Part shown: in pieces, positions 34,591-39,970 of the stretch | Numbering within the stretch: the first letter of the stretch is position 1 | How the letters are laid out: every line of letters begins with the position of its first letter | Virus record (IMG/VR): IMGVR_UViG_3300011336_000389 | Coordinates: 1 to 39,970 of that record | Length of the DNA: 39,970 nucleotides | Direction: 5' to 3' (one strand) | DNA from: a virus | Lineage: Duplodnaviria; Caudoviricetes | Translations under genes and position numbers: made by a program | Notes under the pieces: generated by a model | What the model was told of the DNA's origin: nothing | Database searches by the model: none | What the model saw: the letters and a program-made list of their open reading frames with translations, nothing else

Positions 34591-35045
34591 GTTAGCCCCT
34601 TAAAAAACACATCGTTTGTCTGTCGGTATCCCAGCCTGGGTGCAACCTTCGACAATGTCCCTCCGTGCGGTGCGCTTAACAAAAGCCCAATCGCCCCTCG
34701 ATCTTTGGCAAACCTTTCGGCCTCCTTGATCAACAACAACCCAGCCCCGCCATCACGATATCGACTGCCGACAAACAAGCTCTCTGTCGTGGCCGTCAAC
34801 GCGCCATAGTGTGGCACCACCGTCAACAGGACAACCATAAACCCAACTAGGTTACCGGCTGACCCGTGTGCTGCAAATAGATGCATGATCCCAACCTTGT
34901 CCAATTGGGCATAGATCTCTTTGTTCCAGTTCGCATGGCCCATGCCTTCAATGCTGCTTTCGATCCGGTACTCTTCTACCAGGTCATCAAACATTGGATC
35001 GTTGATCAGCTCCGACATCGACACAAGTGTCACCTTGCACATCAT
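34587..35045 (-). CDS. GNAT-family acetyltransferase
   Basis: LFVGSRYRDGGAGLLLIKEAERFAKDRG matches acetyl-CoA motif A; RLGY near the C-terminus. Start codon uncertain. Confidence 0.8.
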   Translation of the reverse strand: MMCKVTLVSMSELINDPMFDDLVEEYRIESSIEGMGHANWNKEIYAQLDKVGIMHLFAAHGSAGNLVGFMVVLLTVVPHYGALTATTESLFVGSRYRDGGAGLLLIKEAERFAKDRGAIGLLLSAPHGGTLSKVAPRLGYRQTNDVFFKGLT

Positions 35046-35046
35046 G

Positions 35047-35079
35047 ACTGTAGCCCTCTGGTTAGTCGATACGGGTACC
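35047..35079 (-). promoter_or_regulatory. Putative late promoter, copy 1 (before GNAT-portal genes)
   Basis: GGTACCCGTATC (35079-35068) starts in the terL stop codon, then 15 nt, then TACAGT (35052-35047). Confidence 0.7.
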
Positions 35080-36407
35080 TAGCGGTTGATTGCTGAATAA
35101 GGGTCATAGTCTTTTTTGCTTTCCTTGCGTGTTGCCCGATCCAGGACATCCCTGGGTAGGCGTTTTCTTACTGGCATGGCAAATGTCAGCGCCAGCGCAT
35201 CGGCCAGGTCAGGGCTCCCAGCCCCTTGCAGCCGCTTCTTGATCTGATCCTTTGGCTCCAGCACCCTACGGCCAGCGCTGTCGAACCAGTAGATCGGGGT
35301 GGCCAGCTCCTGCTTGAGCGCTACATCGTTTGGTATTGCGCCGCCCTGCTCGATCCATTCCTTCATCTCCCACCACATCTCGGTGCGCCGGTTAATGTTC
35401 AGCTCTGGCTTCAACGCCTTGCCGCCAAACGGCACCTCGATCACATCGTAGTCAAGCTGGCGCAGGCGGTCGATCACACCGGCACCGGCACCGGCATCGC
35501 AGAACACGGCATCAGGTTCCCACTGCTCGATGATGTTGGCGATCCTGGCCGCGAGATCCATGTTGTCGATGCCTCGAAACACCAGCGGGTCAAAAGCCTG
35601 CAATCCCTGGCGCTTGAACACAACGCTGCGGTCATCACCAAACCTGGCCGGATCGATGCCCAAGATCCTGGGCGCGTGGTCGGTGTCGCCTTTGACGTAC
35701 ACCTTTCTGGCCGCTTCTTCTGCGTCCGATAGGCTGATGAGCTGGTCATCACCGGCGGCAGCAAAGTCGCAAAGGTATTCCCTGGCGAATGATGTTTCGT
35801 TCATGTCGCGGCGCAGGCGCTCGACCTCATCTGGATCTAGGCTGTTGGTGTCATAGACGGTGTACTTGGCAGCGTGCCAATCATCCAGGTCTGCGGCCTT
35901 GTAGAACAGCTCAGAAAACAAGTTGATACCAGAGGGTGTCCCGATGAAAAGGCACCAGCCAAGGCGGTCTGATAGAGCTGGCTGCACGATGTCGATCCAC
36001 ACTTCTGGTTTGATCTGGGCCACCTCATCGATGACCGACCCATCGATCCGCAGGCCGCGCATTGCGTCTGGGTTGTCGCCACCAAACAGGCGAATGATCG
36101 CGCCGTTGTGCTTGAAGGTAACCTGGAGGTCACCCTCGTTGATATCGATGGCCTCGGCCAGGCGCAGGGGCTCCAGCTTTTGCTTCAGCCTTGACCAGGC
36201 AATGGCCTTGGCCTGCTTTAGAAACGGTGCAATGTAGACAAAGAACCCAAGCTCAAGCTCGAACTTCATGGCCTTATCGATCAGCTCCATGATGGCCAGC
36301 TCTGTCTTACCGGCTCGGCGGTGCAGGGCATATACGCTGAAGCGCTTGCGGCTGCGATGGCAGGACTTCTGCCAGGCCCTTGGATCGTAGTTGAGGCGTA
36401 TCGCCAT
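35079..36407 (-). CDS. terL: Terminase large subunit
   Basis: Walker A HRRAGKT, Walker B SVIDE, coupling motif IGTP, nuclease motifs GIDPARFGDD and SPDLADA. Confidence 0.95.
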   Translation of the reverse strand: MAIRLNYDPRAWQKSCHRSRKRFSVYALHRRAGKTELAIMELIDKAMKFELELGFFVYIAPFLKQAKAIAWSRLKQKLEPLRLAEAIDINEGDLQVTFKHNGAIIRLFGGDNPDAMRGLRIDGSVIDEVAQIKPEVWIDIVQPALSDRLGWCLFIGTPSGINLFSELFYKAADLDDWHAAKYTVYDTNSLDPDEVERLRRDMNETSFAREYLCDFAAAGDDQLISLSDAEEAARKVYVKGDTDHAPRILGIDPARFGDDRSVVFKRQGLQAFDPLVFRGIDNMDLAARIANIIEQWEPDAVFCDAGAGAGVIDRLRQLDYDVIEVPFGGKALKPELNINRRTEMWWEMKEWIEQGGAIPNDVALKQELATPIYWFDSAGRRVLEPKDQIKKRLQGAGSPDLADALALTFAMPVRKRLPRDVLDRATRKESKKDYDPYSAINR

Positions 36408-36853
36408 CAGTCTTCAACCTCCGGCACGCCGCTGATGACTTGCAGGCTGACGCTGCCCTGGTGATCGATGCCCACTCGGTCGCCATACTTTTTCGGGTTC
36501 CACTTGGCCAGCAGCTTCATGCGCTGCTCAACCTGATTCTTTTTCCAAGCCACAAAAGCGCTGTCCATTTTGACGCTGTTCTCGCTGACCACCATCTCCG
36601 GCCTGGTGTCGATCAAAGCCAGGGTATCTTCAGCAATGGCATCATGGCCCATGTCCCTCGCGTGCGCGAAGCGTGCCAGAAACTCTGTATCCTTCTCAAG
36701 CCAGTGGTAGACGGTACGCCAAGCAGGGGCATCAGGCAGGCGGCAAAAATCCCGCAGGGTCTTGCCATCGGCAACCCACGCAAGGATCTGTTCTTTGATG
36801 TCTTCCGGCACCGCTTCTGGCGGTCTGCCTTTCTTGGTGTTAGTCTTTTTCAT
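36407..36853 (-). CDS. terS: Terminase small subunit (Sf6-like)
   Basis: GRP..GKTLRDFC..PAWRTVYHWL..LLAKWNPKKYGD; TGATG overlap with terL. Confidence 0.88.
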   Translation of the reverse strand: MKKTNTKKGRPPEAVPEDIKEQILAWVADGKTLRDFCRLPDAPAWRTVYHWLEKDTEFLARFAHARDMGHDAIAEDTLALIDTRPEMVVSENSVKMDSAFVAWKKNQVEQRMKLLAKWNPKKYGDRVGIDHQGSVSLQVISGVPEVED

Positions 36854-37091
36854 GTACGGTCTTCCATCGATCTGGTGTTTGGGCTCGCCTTTCGTACTGG
36901 CAAATTTTTTGAACAGCGCTCCTGGTCAGGCCAAACCTTTGCGCTAGACGGCGGTAGCCGATCCCTGCCTCTTCGTGCAGATCACGGATTTGATCCACGA
37001 CTTCATCAGATATCGATGAATTGTGGTGGCTGCTGCCGATCCGATAGCCATGTTCATTTACGGCTATGATTTTGCGCTTTTTTTGATCCAT
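36840..37091 (-). CDS. HTH DNA-binding protein upstream of terS (candidate late regulator)
   Basis: ISDEVVDQIRDLHEEAGIGYRRLAQRFGLTRSAVQKIC is an HTH. Confidence 0.75.
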   Translation of the reverse strand: MDQKKRKIIAVNEHGYRIGSSHHNSSISDEVVDQIRDLHEEAGIGYRRLAQRFGLTRSAVQKICQYERRAQTPDRWKTVHEKD

Positions 37092-37120
37092 CTAATCCCA
37101 AGTTTCCGCCTCCACGTTTT

Positions 37121-37154
37121 GATGATTTTGCATCAATGATGCATTTTTATCAAT
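37121..37154 (-). promoter_or_regulatory. Sigma70-type promoter covered by tandem 17-bp operator-like sites
   Basis: Minus strand TTGATA (37153-37148), 17 nt, CAAAAT (37130-37125). Plus strand GATGA-ttttgca-TCAAT abuts GATGC-attttta-TCAAT. Confidence 0.6.
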
Positions 37155-37341
37155 GCATTTTTATGTCGCCGGTGATGGTCAATGCCCAGTCGATTTCTTC
37201 AACCGACCAGGTATCGCCGTTTCCCTCTTGGATCGAGCCAATTATTTTTTTAGCCATCTGGTAGTGAGCGCAGATAAAACCACGCTTGCAGTCACCCAGG
37301 CACGGGTTGCAATTTGCAGGATCAGCGGTGTTTTTTTGCAT
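37150..37341 (-). CDS. Small Cys-rich hypothetical protein
   Basis: 63 aa with CNPCLGDC..CAH; overlaps the end of the upstream gene. Confidence 0.6.
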   Translation of the reverse strand: MQKNTADPANCNPCLGDCKRGFICAHYQMAKKIIGSIQEGNGDTWSVEEIDWALTITGDIKMH

Positions 37342-37561
37342 TGAAAATCTCCAGCATCACGAACTTTAGCTCTTTGATGGATTTCTCTCCCCGCTTCGAT
37401 AATCGCGCTTCTAATGCAGATCTCCGCGCTGATAAGGGTAAGCTCAAGAGATACCTTGCTTCGCAATCGTTTCGCCATACTTCGCAGTACGAACAAACGA
37501 CTTGGCCGGTAACCGATGTAATGTTCTTTGTTCGTAAGCAGTCTCTTTTTTCGCATTTCAA
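37322..37561 (-). CDS. Small hypothetical protein, probable zinc binder
   Basis: CEKRDC..CSYCEVWRNDCEARYLL; GGGAGG RBS; ATGA overlap. Confidence 0.7.
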   Translation of the reverse strand: MKCEKRDCLRTKNITSVTGQVVCSYCEVWRNDCEARYLLSLPLSARRSALEARLSKRGEKSIKELKFVMLEIFNAKKHR

Positions 37562-37821
37562 TTTACCCTCCCGTGTTCCATGTGGCGCACATATCCATAG
37601 ACCAGCTCATGTGCCTCGTTGCCCTTGATGTTCTCAAAGACAACGTCCATGCGGGTGCTTGCATCATCACCATCTTTGACGGCAATGCCAAACTCGCAGA
37701 CACCCATTCCATCAGGTTGAAAATACAAACGCACTTCGGGTGCGCCGTCTTTGTCCTGGCGGCGCATCACCACAATCTGCTGGTACGTTTTGCTTTTGAA
37801 TGTTTTGCAATACATGATCAA
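37558..37821 (-). CDS. Hypothetical protein
   Basis: 87 aa; AAGGA RBS; coupled to both neighbours. Confidence 0.65.
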   Translation of the reverse strand: MIMYCKTFKSKTYQQIVVMRRQDKDGAPEVRLYFQPDGMGVCEFGIAVKDGDDASTRMDVVFENIKGNEAHELVYGYVRHMEHGRVN

Positions 37822-38051
37822 TCCTTGCTGACTGGCAGTGATGCACAGTAACCTTCAAGCTCTGGCTTGAATGCTGGCCAACCAGACCGATGCTCTCTGG
37901 CCATGCCCAGCGCACGATCAGCTTCGTACAACATTCTCATGTTGCAATAGTTGATATCGTTTGCCTGTTCGTCTTCCATGTCCATGCGGCCAACAACGCC
38001 GATGATCACAATCAAAAATACCCACACCAAAATTTTATTAAATAAGCTCAT
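37818..38051 (-). CDS. Small membrane-anchored hypothetical protein
   Basis: N-terminal TM ILVWVFLIVIIGVVG, then YCNM..GWPAFK..C; AGGAG RBS. Confidence 0.75.
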   Translation of the reverse strand: MSLFNKILVWVFLIVIIGVVGRMDMEDEQANDINYCNMRMLYEADRALGMAREHRSGWPAFKPELEGYCASLPVSKD

Positions 38052-38200
38052 TTTTTCTCTCCTGTGTTTTGAACAACATCGTGATATTCCTCAACCTTCC
38101 TGACAAGCCTGACCTCAAAGTCTCGGTGCCGCCATCCTTCAACTAGGACATCGCGCACCATATCTTCGATCTGCTCTTCTGTAAGTGGTGGCTTTTTCAT
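38048..38200 (-). CDS. Small hypothetical protein (50 aa)
   Basis: Read manually: MKKPPLTEEQIEDMVRDVLVEGWRHRDFEVRLVRKVEEYHDVVQNTGEKK. ATGA overlaps at both ends fill the gap exactly. Confidence 0.7.
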   Translation of the reverse strand: MKKPPLTEEQIEDMVRDVLVEGWRHRDFEVRLVRKVEEYHDVVQNTGEKK

Positions 38201-38973
38201 GATGGGTTTCTCCGGTAGCTTCCCCAGTCAAAGGCAATCATCTTGCCCCCGTCTTCGCGCAGCCGGTCGGTAACTCGATCACCCAGGTATGGGCCAAGCT
38301 CACCAGGCGCGATATTCGACAGCAGGATCGATGGCTTCCGCTTTTCGTAGCGCTCATTCAGAATGTCGAACATGACCTGGCGCTCGAACTCAGAACCAAA
38401 CTGCACGCCGACTTCATCCATGATCAGCAGATCTGGAAACGCAATCGAGTTGATCGCATCGGTCTCGCTCTCTTCGCTGCCCTTTGTCCAGGTGTCCTTC
38501 ACCCTGCGAATTGCACGCTGCACGGTGGTGAACAGCACGGTGTGCTTGACCATGATTTGCAAAGCGATACCAACTGCCAAGTGCGTCTTGCCGGTGCCAG
38601 GCTTGCCAACGAATATCACACTGCGTCCGATCTTGCGGATCTCATCGAAGTTGTCGGCATAGTCCTTCGCAAATGCCAGAGCCTTTTCCTGGCCAGGGTT
38701 CTTTGCGATGTAGCTGTTCAACGTCCGATCCTGGAACCGCTCTGGGATCTGCGCGTGGCCGATCTTGGATGCCCAAAGCTTGATGGCGCGTTCTTTCTGC
38801 TGGGCCTCACCTTCAGCCCTCTCGCGCTCAAACCTGGCTTCCGCCGCTTCTTTGGCGCAAGCTGGGCATTTGCTCCAGATGTTGCCAAAGTAATTCTTGC
38901 TGATGTACCCGCCATGGGTCTCGCAGTCTTCCGGCTTTTCCTTGTCGGTGATCATGTCTGTGATGCTGTTCAT
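38197..38973 (-). CDS. DnaC/IstB-like AAA+ helicase loader
   Basis: CETHG..CPAC zinc site, IPERF, Walker A GKPGTGKT, Walker B LLIMDE, ILLSN and DRLRE. Confidence 0.92.
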   Translation of the reverse strand: MNSITDMITDKEKPEDCETHGGYISKNYFGNIWSKCPACAKEAAEARFERERAEGEAQQKERAIKLWASKIGHAQIPERFQDRTLNSYIAKNPGQEKALAFAKDYADNFDEIRKIGRSVIFVGKPGTGKTHLAVGIALQIMVKHTVLFTTVQRAIRRVKDTWTKGSEESETDAINSIAFPDLLIMDEVGVQFGSEFERQVMFDILNERYEKRKPSILLSNIAPGELGPYLGDRVTDRLREDGGKMIAFDWGSYRRNPS

Positions 38974-39635
38974 AGGTCTTGCACTCCTTTGCCATAGTTG
39001 ATGTTGTCAAAATCAGTTTGGGTGCCTTTGGTTTTGTTCACCCAGTCTGCTTTGAACCCTCTCCAGCCTCGGACAGTGCATTCGATTAGGGCAGCTTCCA
39101 ATGTCCAATTGGCTTTGGTCGCTTCCTTCTGTATGCCCTGCAACGCAGTTGCAGTGATGGATGCTTTGAGCTGCTTGCGCTGTGCAACAAAGTCATTCCA
39201 TGTCTGTTCCGAAACACCTTCTGGGCGCGTGAGCGCCTTTTCTTTTAATGGTTCCTGTTTCTTGTTTACTGTTTCCTGTTTCTTGTTTGGTTGAACGGGC
39301 GTTGAACCGGCGCTTAACCGGCGTTGAGCAGATGCCTTACCGGCGCGTGATGCCTGGTCGAGCTTGCTGTGGTACTTGGCAATCTCTTCGTCTGCTCTGA
39401 GGTTGACCCAGCCGGTGCCTTCGACCAGAGAAAAGAACTCGTTGAGGATGATGGCCACCTCTTCGATGTGATCGCGAAAGTTGATCTGCCTGGCCACCAT
39501 GGCAACGTCTTCGTGCAATGGCCGCTCTTGCAGATAGTACGCATCGAGCAGCCTGCGGTATGCCAGATCTTCCAGGTGCGTCAGGTGCCGTGTGTGGCTG
39601 GCGTAGTCGCCAATGTTGAATGAGTAAAAGTGCAT
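38970..39635 (-). CDS. Replication initiator, YdaU/DUF1376 family
   Basis: Start moved to ATG 39635. MHFYSFNIGDYASHTRHL..AYRRLLDAYY at the N-terminus and GWRGFKADW at the C-terminus; carries internal repeats; upstream of the DnaC-like gene. Confidence 0.85.
   Translation of the reverse strand: MHFYSFNIGDYASHTRHLTHLEDLAYRRLLDAYYLQERPLHEDVAMVARQINFRDHIEEVAIILNEFFSLVEGTGWVNLRADEEIAKYHSKLDQASRAGKASAQRRLSAGSTPVQPNKKQETVNKKQEPLKEKALTRPEGVSEQTWNDFVAQRKQLKASITATALQGIQKEATKANWTLEAALIECTVRGWRGFKADWVNKTKGTQTDFDNINYGKGVQDL
39241..39345. repeat. Putative replication origin: iterons plus AT-rich asymmetric tract
   Basis: 11-bp period repeats GGTTGAACGGG / CGTTGAACCGG / CGCTTAACCGG / CGTTGAGCAGA / TGCCTTACCGG (39289-39343), next to TTCCTGTTTCTTGTTT twice (39252, 39273). 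Confidence 0.7.
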
Positions 39636-39847
39636 CAGCGGTTCCTCGAAAGCTTGAGGGCCTTCACCAGGGCGCGGTCTCTGATGTTGTATGCCTTGGC
39701 GTGTTTCTTCGAGCAGGCCACGCAGTTGTTGTTGCTGACATAGCGCTCTTCGCAGCCGCAAGATCGGCAGGCCAAGCCTTCGTACTTGGTTTGGCCAAGC
39801 ACCGCCGCTTGGTGCCTGGCTCCAGTCCATGGTTTTGTTGATGACAT
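39635..39847 (-). CDS. Small zinc-finger-like protein
   Basis: Start ATG 39847 (AAGGAG RBS); KYEGLACRSCG..RYVSNNNCVAC; TGATG overlap with the initiator gene. Confidence 0.75.
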   Translation of the reverse strand: MSSTKPWTGARHQAAVLGQTKYEGLACRSCGCEERYVSNNNCVACSKKHAKAYNIRDRALVKALKLSRNR

Positions 39848-39859
39848 AAAGTCTCCTTG

Positions 39860-39903
39860 GTTGATGAGACTACATCCTAACACTAACCATTAGTGTTTGA
39901 CAA
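39860..39903 (-). promoter_or_regulatory. Putative promoter of the replication operon with palindromic operator
   Basis: TTGTCA (39903-39898), 18 nt, extended -10 TGtTAGGAT (39879-39874). A perfect inverted repeat AACACTAA-cca-TTAGTGTT lies at 39879-39897. Confidence 0.6.
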
Positions 39904-39909
39904 TACCCA

Positions 39910-39969
39910 TCAAAATGGGATGTCATCATCAGCGCCATCATCAAGTGATTTTTGTTTTTCTTGGCCCGT
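39910..39969 (-). CDS. C-terminal tail of a single-stranded DNA-binding protein (truncated)
   Basis: Read manually: ..GQEKQKSLDDGADDDIPF*; the acidic DDDIPF tip is characteristic of SSBs. Confidence 0.7.
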   Translation of the reverse strand, partial: TGQEKQKSLDDGADDDIPF

Positions 39970-39970
39970 G

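Noticed and set aside
12812-35079. GGTACC (KpnI site) or CRISPR-type explanation for the 12-bp repeat
   Set aside because: Copies are kilobases apart with no spacer array. Conservation extends beyond the hexamer and is tied to a downstream -10-like element.
5544-36237. Many long plus-strand ORFs (e.g. 18582-19466, 25214-25993, 28943-29575)
   Set aside because: They are antisense shadows of well-supported minus-strand genes and have no recognisable motifs.
39636-39830. 65-aa N-terminal extension of the initiator in the ORF track
   Set aside because: It overlaps the zinc-finger gene in another frame; the family-like sequence begins at MHFY (39635) with a TGATG coupling.
1-39970. tRNA/rRNA genes, IS elements, alternative genetic code
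   Set aside because: Intergenic gaps are short and show no cloverleaf, no transposase is present, and long genes read through in the standard code with TAA, TAG and TGA all used as stops.

Overview
The window is most of the genome of a tailed dsDNA phage with a BPP-1/epsilon15-like podovirus virion module. The minus-strand order is terS, terL, GNAT, cupin-like, portal, staple, scaffold, major capsid, cement, tail tubular A/B, three ejection proteins, tail fibre adaptor, a 2038-aa fibre, then holin and an M15 endolysin. Lambdoid-type replication genes (DUF1376/YdaU initiator with internal iterons, DnaC-like loader, SSB tail, RusA-like N-terminus) and a short plus-strand early operon (YqaJ exonuclease, RecT, HTH genes, a lipoprotein) complete it. 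No integrase, CI-type repressor, polymerase or reverse transcriptase is visible. Three things stand out. (1) Two cis-regulatory codes can be read from the DNA: a 12-bp GGTACCCGTA(T/A)C box 14-15 nt before a TAnnnT hexamer at four gene junctions of the virion module, and tandem 17-bp GWTGN-N7-TCAAY operators over both the cro-like promoter and the HTH-terminase promoter. (2) A 2978-aa ejection protein carries inserted ADP-ribosyltransferase-like, HhH-glycosylase-like and zincin-like modules. (3) The giant fibre is built from repeats. All product calls come from motif recognition and gene order; no database search was run.
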